This document shows positions 8,296 through 19,486 of a stretch of DNA of 64,000 nt, piece by piece; the stretch's first letter is position 1; each line of letters begins with the position of its first letter. The notes beneath the pieces are model-generated. The model did not search any database, had not been told where the DNA came from, and saw only the letters and a list, made by a program, of their open reading frames with translations. Source of the DNA: an uncultured Candidatus Saccharibacteria bacterium (lineage in GTDB: Bacteria > Patescibacteriota > Saccharimonadia > Saccharimonadales > Saccharimonadaceae); the NCBI GenBank assembly GCA_948623715.1, contig CAPHDI010000002.1, positions 13,626-77,625 of the forward strand, in the 5' to 3' direction. Made by a program: the position numbers and the translations under genes.

Positions 8296-10269
8296 TTAAT
8301 CGCGCCAATCCGGGACCATGCTCAGCGGATCGCCAGCATCCACCCCGGAAGTCGCCCGGGTCTCCGTATTCACGACCGTGACCTCAGCCCGCATCGTCTT
8401 CACGAGCGCCTTCTCGACCTGCTCACGATATGTGGCCAGGCTCGGATTCTTCTCGATCAGCTCATCCAGCGCCGCGTTGCCGAGCTTCACCGTGAGCGTC
8501 ACCTTGGCACCGGTCTTCAGCCCACGCAGAGTGATGGTCATATTCTCCTGGTCGATCTTCTCGACCGCCAGCGCATCCGGATCCGAAGACACGACATCCA
8601 CGATCTTCCAGCCCTTCACGGCCGTCTCGGGCAGCATCCGCACGGTATAGGTCTCGCCCTCCTTGAGCTCCAGCGTATAGGCGCTCAGCCGCAGAGCCTT
8701 TGCCTGCGTCACGATCGCCTGCGCTTTCGACACGTCGGGATTCACACTGACGCCACTGCCACCGGGCGTCGTCACAGTACCGGGGTCATTGTCCCCGCCA
8801 CCGGGCTGCTGACCGGGGTTGTCGCCATCATCGCCGTCGTCGGGACCAGTCGCCGGCGCCTCACCTTCGGTAATCACGAATTCCGTCAGGTGATCCACCC
8901 CGAAAGTCACGTTGCCGCCGTTGACCTCGACGCCTTTCTGAACCAGCACCAGCTTGTCGCCGTTGACGTAGTACACATCCGCGTGCGTCGCCCCACTGGG
9001 CGCCGCCACCGTGATCTGGATATCCTCGCCCAGGTCCGCGACCGGCTTCTCATCGCTGCCGACCTTCAGAGTCACATCCACGACCACGACCTTATCGTCA
9101 ACCACGACCTCAGTCTCCTTGCCGTCCTTGCCGACGACCGTCGCGACCGTCTGCGTGACTTCCACGCCGTCGACCGTCTCGGTCTTCTCCGTAGTGGCAT
9201 AGCTGCCGTCATCCACGGTCTTCACGGCCAGAGTCACGTCCACGTCGTTGCCGCCCTGAGCTTTCTCGATCGCCTCCAGCGGCAGGACCACCGTACCAGC
9301 ATCGCTCGTCACGGTCACCTGTACCGTTTCGGTCGCGTTGCCTTCGCCATCCTTGGCGGCCGCCTCGACCAGCGCACCGACCACTTCTTTGGACAGGTTC
9401 ACATTGGCCTCGTCCGCCGACTCACCAGACACGTCCACCGAAACGTTAATCGGTGCACCTTCGTCGCCGTCAGCGTTGCTGATAGTGTCCTTGATCGAAT
9501 CCACCTTGTCCGCGCCCACGGTCGCCGTAGTCACAGTCTTGTCGCCTTCGGTCTTCGTATCGGGCGTCACGGCCACTTCCACCTCGACCGGAGCGGGCTT
9601 CGCAGGCTCCTCGGTATCACCGTCGCCAGGATCGGGCGTCTCGGATTCACCGGGTTTCGGATCAGTGGAACCGCCGGGATTATTGGGATCGGTCTCACCA
9701 GGCTTTTCGGATTCGCCAGGCTTGGGATCGGTGGGATTCTCGGACTCGCCGGGCTCGGGATCGACCGGATCGGTCTCATCCGGATCCGGATCAGTCGGCT
9801 TGGTCGATTCCTCGGGATCGGGGTCTGTGGGATTCTCGGACTCACCGGGCTTCGGGTCGACCGGATCGGTCTCACCGGGTTTTTCGGACTCGGCCGGCTC
9901 CTTGTCGTCGCCTTCGCCGGGGTTGTCAGGATCGACCGGCGCCGGACTCTCTATCACGTCGCCGCCACCAGACTCATTGCCGCCGGGCGTAGTAGACCCA
10001 TTGCCGCCTTCGGGCGTACCGGTCTCCTCGCCACCCTCGGGCGTAGTCGGCGTGGTCTCAGACCCACTCCCCTCACCAGAGCCAGTGTCGGGCGTAGTCG
10101 TCTCCTGACCATCACCGCCAGTGCCCTGGCTGGTGCCGGTGTCGTCGCCATCGATCTCCGCGGCCATCGCCGGCGTGATCGCCAGGCTGAACACCAGCGC
10201 CAACGCCATCATCATCGCCAGCAGGCCCTTCATCTTGCGTTTCTTAAAAGAGCTTTTTACGGAGTGCAT
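8296..10269 (-). CDS. Secreted/surface protein with acidic Pro-rich repeats (DPxPGESE); GC-rich
   Basis: Signal peptide MKGLLAMMMALALVFSLAITPAMAA, repeats at about 9600-9940 and VTFGVDHLTEFVI motif. Has its own promoter and a terminator (about 8176-8204). Confidence 0.8.
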   Translation of the reverse strand: MHSVKSSFKKRKMKGLLAMMMALALVFSLAITPAMAAEIDGDDTGTSQGTGGDGQETTTPDTGSGEGSGSETTPTTPEGGEETGTPEGGNGSTTPGGNESGGGDVIESPAPVDPDNPGEGDDKEPAESEKPGETDPVDPKPGESENPTDPDPEESTKPTDPDPDETDPVDPEPGESENPTDPKPGESEKPGETDPNNPGGSTDPKPGESETPDPGDGDTEEPAKPAPVEVEVAVTPDTKTEGDKTVTTATVGADKVDSIKDTISNADGDEGAPINVSVDVSGESADEANVNLSKEVVGALVEAAAKDGEGNATETVQVTVTSDAGTVVLPLEAIEKAQGGNDVDVTLAVKTVDDGSYATTEKTETVDGVEVTQTVATVVGKDGKETEVVVDDKVVVVDVTLKVGSDEKPVADLGEDIQITVAAPSGATHADVYYVNGDKLVLVQKGVEVNGGNVTFGVDHLTEFVITEGEAPATGPDDGDDGDNPGQQPGGGDNDPGTVTTPGGSGVSVNPDVSKAQAIVTQAKALRLSAYTLELKEGETYTVRMLPETAVKGWKIVDVVSSDPDALAVEKIDQENMTITLRGLKTGAKVTLTVKLGNAALDELIEKNPSLATYREQVEKALVKTMRAEVTVVNTETRATSGVDAGDPLSMVPDWRD

Positions 10270-10432
10270 ATGCGTTTTTCCTCCTTTATTAAGGATCGAT
10301 TCCGGGCGTCACCACCCGAAACAATTCGCTCTCATACGAGAGCAGGTACATTATATATCAAGCGCCCCCTTGTCGCCCGATACCATATATAAACATGGAA
10401 GCATCTTTAAAATCACCTCCACGATGTATCCC

Positions 10433-10462
10433 ATTATACCCCCCCCCCCCGGCAAAAGTCAA
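10433..10462 (-). promoter_or_regulatory. Promoter with a G12 homopolymer in the -35/-10 spacer
   Basis: TTGACT-tttgcc(G)12-TATAAT; the spacer is 18 nt. Confidence 0.7.
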
Positions 10463-10519
10463 CCCCCATTTTCGCCGCATCAAAAAATCCGCCCAAATCG
10501 GCGAATTAATTCAAATTCT

Positions 10520-10594
10520 TGGCTCCCGGGGCCGGGCTCGAACCGGCAACCTCGAAGTTAACAGCTTCTTGCTCCACCATTGAGCTACCCGGGA
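10520..10594 (-). tRNA. tRNA-Asn(GTT)
   Basis: tcccggg...gaag-ctGTTaa-cttc...ggttcgagcc...gggagcca. Confidence 0.95.
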
Positions 10595-10817
10595 TTACTA
10601 CCTATAGTATACGCCACCCCCACGCAAATGTCAACATTTTTCTCCTTTTTCTCCGTCAACACACCTAGTACAGCTCCTCGAATTCCGCCATCCCTGCCTT
10701 AATTTTCCTTAAAAATTTGCCAAATCCTCCATTTTACCATAAATATATTGACTTTTCAGGCAATGTGTGATATAATGAATAGTATATACCCATTTCTCTA
10801 AGAACTGAGGTAAGTTT

Positions 10818-11399
10818 ATGAATTTTGAAGAATGGTTAAGCGCAGATCGGATTTTCATCACTGTAGCGGTCATCGCGACCTTGCTACTGTTTTTGGTCTC
10901 TGTTCTCATCGGCGTCACTACTCGCCGCCGCCAGCGCGAAGCTATGGACCGCTTCAAATATCGTCCTCGCAAACACCTCATGGTCGGCAATTCTAAACAA
11001 TGTTTTCAAATTCTTAACAACCTCTTCGGCCAGAAATTCTACGTCATCCCCGAAGTCAGCCTCAGTTCCCTCCTTAGCCACAAAGTCGGTGTCCAAGATC
11101 GCTACACTGCCTACCGCTTCATCGATGGCAAAAGCGTCGACTTCGTCCTCTGTAATAAACAATCTCTCCGCCCCATCTGCGCAATCAAGCTCGAAGATGG
11201 TATCCAGAATGACGAAAAAGACCCCGGCAGTGACCCTCACAATATGGAAAAATTCTTCCGCAGCGCCCATATTCCCTTCATCTACCTCACCAAAACCCAG
11301 CACCTCACTGAAGATTACATCATTGAAGAATTCTCCCGCGTCGTCTACGAAACCAGCAAGATTCAACCCGCCCCTCGCGGCCGCCGGCCAAAAAAATAA
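10818..11399 (+). CDS. DUF2726-like membrane-anchored protein
   Basis: N-terminal TM helix; PEVSLSSLL...KSVDFVLC...ICAIKLED. Confidence 0.7.
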   Translation: MNFEEWLSADRIFITVAVIATLLLFLVSVLIGVTTRRRQREAMDRFKYRPRKHLMVGNSKQCFQILNNLFGQKFYVIPEVSLSSLLSHKVGVQDRYTAYRFIDGKSVDFVLCNKQSLRPICAIKLEDGIQNDEKDPGSDPHNMEKFFRSAHIPFIYLTKTQHLTEDYIIEEFSRVVYETSKIQPAPRGRRPKK

Positions 11400-11427
11400 G
11401 CCCCATAGCGGGGCCTATTTTTATTTG

Positions 11428-12492
11428 TTATTTAGCAATCGTCAGGCTAATCTTCCGTCCGTCCTTGTCAACGTCTAGAATCTTAAACTTCTTCCGTTCA
11501 TTCAGAGTAAACACCTTCTCTGGATCAACATCGTTACCGTTGCCGAGCTCAGAAACGTGTACAAGCGCCTCGACCGCCGGGGAAATCTGTACGAAAGCCC
11601 CAAACGGCGTAATCCGCGTAATCGTACCTTCAACTTCATCACCCCGCTTCAGATCTGCGACCTCTGATAGCCATGGATCCTCAGAAAGCTGCTTGATTGA
11701 AAGCGACAAACGTTCCTTATCGATCGCGATAATCTTCGCCTCGACGCTCTCGCCAACTTTCACGTAATCTGACGGGTTATTGACCCGCTCCCAAGAAATT
11801 TCCGAAATGTGGATCAAACCTTCTACACCGTCGACATTCACGAAAGCACCGAAATCTACCACGCCAGTCACCACACCCTTCACGACGTCGCCGACATGTA
11901 GTTCCGCGAAGCGCTCTGCGAGACCATCTTTAACTGCTTCCTTCTCTGAGAAGATCAATTTATTATCCTTACGATTCGCATCGAGAATACGCACCTTCAT
12001 CGTCTTACCGACGAGCGAGTTGAGACGCTGCAAAATTTCGTCCTTATCAGCTGAACCTACCCGTGGGTAATGCTCTGCCGAAAGTTGAGAAACCGGCAAA
12101 AATCCGCGAATCCCCTCATACTCCGCAAGCAGACCGCCACGGTTCGCGTCAAACGGTGTAATTTCGATCACTTCCGCATTATCGATTCTGGACTGAATCT
12201 CATCCCAGCCCTTTTCCTTTGCAGCCTTGCGCAAGCTCAGGAGGACACTACCGTCCGCCATCTCTGCTTCAATCACCGAAGCCGTAACTTCATCGCCGAC
12301 TTCCAGATTCTTCGCAAAAGACACCTCGCGACGCGGCACTACACCGACGCCCCGTGCACCGAGATCAATCAAGATCTCATGCTTACGAATCGACATCACC
12401 TTACCAGTGACAGTTTCCCCGAGGACAGCCCGCTTCACGCTCTCTTCGTTAGCCGCGAGCAATTCATCCATTGTTAATTTGGCATTTGCCAT
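11428..12492 (-). CDS. rpsA: 30S ribosomal protein S1 (short, four S1 domains)
   Basis: Repeated S1 motifs: GFLPVSQL, FGAFV..GLIHISEISW, FGAFVQI...LVHVSEL. Confidence 0.93.
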   Translation of the reverse strand: MANAKLTMDELLAANEESVKRAVLGETVTGKVMSIRKHEILIDLGARGVGVVPRREVSFAKNLEVGDEVTASVIEAEMADGSVLLSLRKAAKEKGWDEIQSRIDNAEVIEITPFDANRGGLLAEYEGIRGFLPVSQLSAEHYPRVGSADKDEILQRLNSLVGKTMKVRILDANRKDNKLIFSEKEAVKDGLAERFAELHVGDVVKGVVTGVVDFGAFVNVDGVEGLIHISEISWERVNNPSDYVKVGESVEAKIIAIDKERLSLSIKQLSEDPWLSEVADLKRGDEVEGTITRITPFGAFVQISPAVEALVHVSELGNGNDVDPEKVFTLNERKKFKILDVDKDGRKISLTIAK

Positions 12493-12719
12493 AATAATTA
12501 TATTTTCCTTTCTTCAGGCCCGTTCAGGACTACCGAAATCACCGAGAAACCTTAAAATAACCTTAAAATCTCTCATTTCCCTTTCGGCCCTCCTGAACGA
12601 GCCCAAAATCTACTCTTTATTATAGCAAATTCCCCTCTATCTGTCCAGAGAAACTTCAGCTTATTTTAAGCCTCTCCCAAATCACCTCAGCTAACCATAA
12701 AAGCCCGATCTCTCGCGTC

Positions 12720-15700
12720 TTACCTTCGACGGTTAGAGATCGCTCCGATCGCCACCCCTGCGATAATCACTACAACTACTCCCCCAGCTATCCACCAAAT
12801 TACTGGATTTTCATACCATTCCCCCTGACTAAACTCTCCGTCGACATCATCGTCCTCCTTGCCTGTAACTGTCGGCTTACCCACAGACGACCCTCCGCCG
12901 TTTGTACTGCCGTTAGCACCATCTCCAGTATTTTCATCGATTTCCTGATCATTCACCGTACCATCCGTCACTTCCGCGATCTGATCGCCATTCCCGATGC
13001 CGCCACCCACCGGGCGATTCACGCTCGGCTGCTGCGCCCCCGCACCGCCACCCTGCGCTTGATTTCCATCTTGCCCACCAGTCGGAGCGTTCGGATTCTC
13101 CGAGATATTCGGCCCGCCCGTTGTCCCTTCCGGCGGATCATTTGGCGTCGGCTGATCTGGTACACTCGGCTGATCCGGGGTACTAGGCTTATCCGGCTCA
13201 CCCGGCGTCCCGCCTGGATTATCCGGATTAGGATTATCTGGAACTTCTGGTACATCTGGCTGCTCCGTCTTCTTAATCCAGTCTACCTTCGCCACCGCTA
13301 CGCCACAGTTATTCGCCTCGTCGCAATATTCAAAGCTAAACTCACCGTTATCTGCAAACTGATATTCCCTCGACCCACCATTATTCTTCACGATAAACTC
13401 TTCGTCATACTGCAATCCGTTTTCATCATAAAGATCGCCAAGGTTATCATCCTGTGCATAAATTCTACCTGCGCCATCCGCGTCCAGATCATTACCGCCA
13501 CCATCACCGTTAGTTTCGCGCGGAACTTTAACGATCGTCGCCGTCACCGGACCTTCGGTTTCTTCAGTAGTACTATAGACAACCGCCACTTTCGGCAAAG
13601 CCTTATCAATCCAATCTACTTTTGCAGTTACCTCACCCTCGTTACCAAACTCATCACGGTATTGGAAAGTAAACTCACCATTATCCATAAATAGATAAGT
13701 GAACGGATCCAAGCTATCTTTATCTCCACTCATAGAATCACCGTTTTCGGTCACTTCTGTATTGAGTTTACCGAATAAGCCTACCTGCTCCTGACTTCCG
13801 TTATCATCTGGCTGAGAATCATAACCACCTTCGTCTTCATCTGGATCGTAATAACCATTATTCAAAATCTTTACATTCATTCCCTCTGGGAAAATCACCC
13901 GCGCCGATACGCTCTGATTCACCTTACGCGTACCCGAGCAATCAATATCCTCCGCCACGACATCACCATTCAAATCTTCACGCTTACAAGTGTACTCCAC
14001 CCGAATCTGATTCAGATCTTCTTCTGCAATAATCCAGTCCACCTTCGCAATCGCTTGACCTTTATTTTCCGGATTACCTGCCTCATGGAATTCAAAAGTA
14101 TAACTACCATTTTCCGTGAAAACATGAGTTCCATCGCTACCATCATCAAACTCAATCTCCATGTCATGGTTCACCACCCGTGCAATCACTTCGCCTTGAG
14201 TTGGTTCAATCGTACTATAAGCAATACCAGCAGTCGGATTTGGATTATCCGTACGATCTTCATAGAAGTTAAACATTCTCGCCGCTATGAAGCTATTTGA
14301 GCTACTAGCTGATGTCGTATTTGTTCCTTTAATCTTTAGATAGTTAAGCTCCACTGGTTCATATACGAGCTCACCATCTTCATTTGTTCTTGCAAGCTCA
14401 AACTTTCGCAATTGACCATTATCCGTATTTGGCCAAGTCGTCATACACGGCACTTCTGACCCTTCGCAAGAGCTCGCCACCTTGCCAATCAGCGTAAAGT
14501 TTTCACCATCTTCACTACCATAAAGCTCCGTTTCCAGAATCCGACCATTGCCGCCGCCTGCTGGCATATATTCAAAGGCTGAGAGCTTTACCGTATGGTC
14601 AAACTTCACCACAAATTCCTTTACTCTATCACTACCATTCCAAGCCGAATGCCACCGCGTATTCGGATTACCATCAATCGCATAAATCGCATTACCATAT
14701 TGCCCGCCACCAGTCGCCTGGCTAGACACACTCGCCACCGACAGATGTGAAACTGGAATGTACTTGCGTCGATTATCCGCCGCCGCATCTTGCGTAAAGT
14801 GGAAATCTTGAGACGGATCGCTCGCTAACTGCGTCCCAGTCGCGCCTACCCGCACCTGAATCGTCACATCGCCTATCCGCACCGGCGAGGAATTACGATA
14901 CGAAACCCATTCACCATAAATTTCATCATCTTGTTTCTCGCGCCATTCCATCGTCAAATTCACACCCATGACACGGTTTTCCAGATCATTCGCATATAGA
15001 TTTGACGGAACTACAGCCTTAGTAATATTAATCTTATAGAAGTTCTCTTCTCTACGCGGCACGCCTTGAATATGCACCAAAATACCATTTTCTACAGAAA
15101 TACTATTTACCTGTTCGTCTGTTAGCTTTATTGAGTTATCTGTAACCCAATTATTATTTACCGCAACATCCTGATTACTTTGGTTGTTTGCGCCATACCA
15201 TGTATTTCCGCCATCCAAGCTGTATTCCCAAGCTGCACCACCGCCTTCATACATTGCGCCAAGTTTTAGAGTATTATAATCATTTTCACCACCAAAACCA
15301 TCAAACGAAAACACTGCCACTTCATTCTTCAATGTACCGAGTAGATAGTTCCCCATCAACCGCGTCACGCTAGTTTGGCGGAAATATTGATCATTCCCAT
15401 GAGCATCCGTCATCGCCGATGCTTCTTTCAAAGTTTTCGTCAACAAAATCTGCAAAGCCGAATTCACCCCCGGATTCTCCGCTACTGAAACCTTCGACAG
15501 AAAACTCTTCATCATATCATAATATGGCAGCGGGAAGCGCTTCATCGCCTCAGACAATTCCACCGCTAACTCATAATATTCCTCCGCAGTCTTACTACTA
15601 TCAGCTAAGTAATTCCGGATTAACCCCGTCCAAACATCAAGATTAATAACTTGCTTCGCCAAAGCTTGACGATAAATACTCTCACGCTCCGCCGATCCAT

Positions 15701-17597
15701 TTTCGTAAACTTCAGCCAATTTTACCAAGATTTCCGCATTCTCATAATTCTCAAAATCATTCAACGCCGCCTGCGACAAGACCGTATAAGTTCCCTGATT
15801 TCCCGATACATTCAAATACGATCCATCACGCACACCCCAATCATTCAACTGTCGCACCGGATGATAAGTATTAATATTCGTATAACCTGTGAAATTTGAA
15901 GCCTGCCAGCCGCTCACATTGTTCGTCAACGCCCAAGCCGGAATATTATTACTACCAAGTTCATAATTTGCATAAGCCACATGCCCTGGCTGCCCAAAAG
16001 TAGTACTTGGTACGCCATAAGCCGCCGTCATATTCTGACCAAAGTTAGAAATCTGCCAACATACACCGCCATATTTATTAATCATCCAAAGATGTGGCGC
16101 TTTCGCTTCAAAACCAATCAAATAATTACCGCTAATGCTCTTATCGCCGCTACCGTCGTAATTCGCACCCTTCAGCTTGTACTTATCGATCAGCACTTGT
16201 TGCTCAGCCGGATCAGTCGGATAATTTTGATCATACCAATAATGATTACCAATACTAATATACGGAACTGGCGGCCAGGCGTATAGGCCCTTTCCTATCG
16301 TCGGCAACCAATCACGCAGCCACTCCAGCTCATCATCACCCAGCTCTGTCATCATGACATAACGCATCTCTTCCACTTCCAGCGATTCAAACACATTCGT
16401 CTGCAATTTACCTGCGTTATACATCCGCTTATACACCATATAACGATCTAACGGACGCGAAAGGTTCGGGCTATCAGCATTACCAGCCATTGCACCTTGA
16501 TCACGGATCCAGAAACGAATCTGCTTCGAATGCGTCAAAGATATCGAAATCATCATCTTCAGATACATTTCGCCCTGCGTGCCGTTTAGCCCCACCGTCT
16601 TCAAGCGATCATTATTGCTCAAATCATCGCGATAAGCATGATAAAGCTGACTCAAAACTTCCAGCGATTGCGCATAAGTGCCAGTCGGCTTACCGCCGGT
16701 CGTATACATCCGCAAAACATCCACATTATTATACAGCCAATTCATCGTTTCCCGATTTTCTTCGCTAGAATTGATAAAGGCCGTCAGAGTATATTGCCCC
16801 GCATTTTTCACTAAATTGCGCCGCAAAATCGCAATTTCATGATCCGCATTATCCAAGACATCCAGATTCGCCGTATTCTTAATCGCCGCGTCCATCTCCT
16901 CTACTGTCGGCACTACATAAGGCTCATAATCATCTTTCACCAGCTTAATATCCGCCCAGACCGAATGATCCTGCCCGTTACTACCGTTATCCGATACCTG
17001 CAGCCGCACAAAGCGATATTCCGATACATCTATATCGATCAACTCCGCATTGCTGCCCGGGGTTGTCACTTTCGACTCAGAATTATAAATCACATCCCAG
17101 TGCTGAGACCCCGTCAACGCCTGGCCATTCGCTACAGCCTCATTATTTTAGCCATAAATCCAGAAAATCACCCCATTACCAGCCGTACTCGTCGTATTTA
17201 ACCCCACATAAGCTGTCAAATGATCATATCCTTCATCGCCATTCCGAATCGCATCAAGATCATAATACACATTCGACGCCGCATGCGCCCAAATACCCTT
17301 CTCGAAAACTACTGGACTATTATCATATTTCAAGGTAAGTTTAGCATCGCTGCCAGTTTTATCCATCTGAATCGACCCATAAGCCGTCTTTGAACCCGGA
17401 ATATAATCATAATCCGACAAATAGCGCGCCTCATCCGTCGCCGGCTCGAAATTCACCACATTTTCTGTCGAGATATTCCTTTGCGCCGCCTCTGTCCGCC
17501 AAGCAAACGGCGTCACCACCAGCGCCACTGCCGCCACAACACACGCCGCTATCACAGTAATCAAATATTTTTGCTTTTTCTGTTTTACCATAAACAC
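12720..17597 (-). pseudogene. Large membrane-anchored surface protein (NPCBM/NEW2 and F5/8 type C-like domains) interrupted by one in-frame TAA
   Basis: ORFs 17148-17597 and 12720-17117 are in the same frame: ...ATT TAT GGC TAA AAT AAT GAG...GCG TTG. The signal peptide is in the first part; AIDGNPNTRWHS and the C-terminal TM plus RRR are in the second. Confidence 0.75.
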
Positions 17598-17673
17598 ATA
17601 ACCCTATTTTCCAATACTACCATTATAACATTACATTTTTCTAAAATGCAAGTTCAATTTTAAGCATAGTAGT

Positions 17674-18210
17674 TTACATTTCATGTCTTTTATGCGAAAG
17701 CATAAACGCTTCACACCTCGGGCAATGATACTTACCGTCCAGCGTCTGGTATCCCGTCAGCCCACACTCCCGGCACTTCGATCGCCGATGTAGCCATTCC
17801 CGATAAGTATCCATCTCCTCCTCCACAAACTCCTCATCGTACCATACATTATATTCCTCACACAGCCCCCGCGCCCGCTCCCACGCCTCTCGCTCCATCT
17901 TCACTCGCTCTACATCTACCCGATAGTCCCGATGCCCCGACAAGGCGTGCCCGACTTCATGCAATAATTGTAGACAATAATTATTTTGCTCACTACCACA
18001 ACCTCTCTCATCATCCCGCATATCACTTTTTTGCTCAAAATCCGCACTATCTGCGCTCCACGGTTCATAAATAATCGTCCGCGGCGGCCGAAAAGTAAAT
18101 TTTTTACCCGCCCGAAATTTCAGCTCCGGGTACACCCGAACTAACTCCCGTCGCAATTTTTCATACCCGTCCTGCACCCGAACACCGTCCTGCATCCTAT
18201 CTTTATACAC
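17674..18210 (-). CDS. Hypothetical protein with an HExxH motif and C-terminal CxxC pairs
   Basis: LLHEVGH; CREC...CPRC. Confidence 0.75.
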   Translation of the reverse strand: MYKDRMQDGVRVQDGYEKLRRELVRVYPELKFRAGKKFTFRPPRTIIYEPWSADSADFEQKSDMRDDERGCGSEQNNYCLQLLHEVGHALSGHRDYRVDVERVKMEREAWERARGLCEEYNVWYDEEFVEEEMDTYREWLHRRSKCRECGLTGYQTLDGKYHCPRCEAFMLSHKRHEM

Positions 18211-18436
18211 CTCCAGTTAAATTCATTATACGTCAGCCGGAAATTTTTTACGAGCATAGGCGAGATCATTAGGCGCCAGTACTCATCCCGCAAGACTCCC
18301 GAACTACCGCCCGAACAAAAAATCACCCCCCACCCGAACACCCGCCAGAACTACCTAATTCGACAGAGATTTCGATGAAATACAAGGCGAAGAGAACAAA
18401 AAAGACCTCGCAACCACCCGAGGTCTTTTACATTAC

Positions 18437-18643
18437 TTAGGCGTTATTTTTCTTGGCTGGCCCGCGACGAGAGATACGTCCCCCCTTCGCCCCTGCAATC
18501 CTTGCTAACGCTGGGTTTGCAGCGAAGCCACCAGTATGACCATTCTGACCACCTTTACGGCCGATCTGGGAATAAAATTCCTTACCATACTTAGCACGGT
18601 TAGTTTGTGCAGCCTTCAGGCCACCAGCTTTCGTTCCTGACAT
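18437..18643 (-). CDS. Small Gly/Lys-rich KGG-repeat protein
   Basis: MSGTKAGG...FYSQIGRKGG...IAGAKGGRISRR. Start moved to the ATG at 18643. Confidence 0.8.
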   Translation of the reverse strand: MSGTKAGGLKAAQTNRAKYGKEFYSQIGRKGGQNGHTGGFAANPALARIAGAKGGRISRRGPAKKNNA

Positions 18644-18904
18644 GAGAAACTCACTTTCTGCCCACCAAATTAACATTCTTAATCGCCACCCTTTTTAGGT
18701 GTTAGTACCATTCTATCATACTGCTTCCGTTTTGTCAATAGTTTTTATGTAAAAATATGTTATAATTTCCACATTTTCCTTATTATCCCGCAATATTTTA
18801 CACCATTATTCCCTTTTTCTTACAATGCTTAAAATTCCCTAAGTTTTCCTCACCCTGTGGAAAATCATTGTTGACTTTATTCATTCGGTGATATATAATA
18901 GAGA

Positions 18905-19001
18905 TAGTTTTGAATAAAACCACTGCGAGGTTATTCAAAACTACTCCTTGTATTGTTATGTTGTTGCTAAAATACGTCCGCGAGGGCGTATTTTAGTTTT
19001 T
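18905..19001 (+). ncRNA. Orphan sRNA candidate A
   Basis: TTGACT-N17-TATAAT (18871-18899), a 13-bp 5' hairpin, then an intrinsic terminator ctaaaatacgtcc-gcga-gggcgtattttag-ttttt. No credible ORF. Confidence 0.55.
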
Positions 19002-19279
19002 GCACACTCAGATCCTTCTTTAATTAGTCTCCTCAAACTTCACCACCCCGCCTCCCATTGTCCTACTCAAACCCCATCAATCATTATTCCACTTATACTC
19101 CACTTTATTTTACCGTTTAAGGCTATTTTTAAGCCCTACAAGGCCCTTCTCGGCCCAAACATGAGTAATAATCCCATCTCGTAGCAAAAATCTCCCAAAA
19201 CCCTCCAAAATCGCCCTCAATGCCTAGACGGCCTCAAACCAAAGGAAAAAGCCCATACTTTTTGTATGGACTCTTTCCT

Positions 19280-19356
19280 TGGTGGAGTAACAGGGATTCA
19301 AACCCTGGACCTCCGCCTTGCAAAGGCGGCGCTCTAATCAGCTGAGCTATTACCCC
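19280..19356 (-). tRNA. tRNA-Ala(TGC)
   Basis: ggggtaa...ccgcc-ttTGCaa-ggcgg...ttactccacca. Confidence 0.95.
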
Positions 19357-19366
19357 TTAGCTGATC

Positions 19367-19443
19367 TGGTGGGGATATGTGGACTTGAACCACAGACCTC
19401 GTCATTATCAGTGACGCGCTCTAACCAGCTGAGCTATATCCCC
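19367..19443 (-). tRNA. tRNA-Ile(GAT)
   Basis: ggggata...gtca-ctGATaa-tgac...tatccccacca. Confidence 0.95.
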
Positions 19444-19486
19444 ATCTCCCCTTATTCTAGCGCATATTCCGCAAAAAATCAAGCAC

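Noticed and set aside
9600..9940. Tandem repeats as a CRISPR array
   Set aside because: They are degenerate in-frame coding repeats (DPxPGESE) with no constant repeat and unique spacer pattern. I saw no CRISPR array or cas genes in the window.
8890..10392. 500-aa plus-strand ORF and other long antisense ORFs (e.g. 185-772, 21663-22565, 62358-63302)
   Set aside because: Shadow frames of real genes on the opposite strand, with no recognisable motifs.
17148..17150. Stop-codon reassignment (code 25) explaining the split gene
   Set aside because: The interrupting codon is TAA, not TGA, and TGA, TAA and TAG all end conserved genes here.
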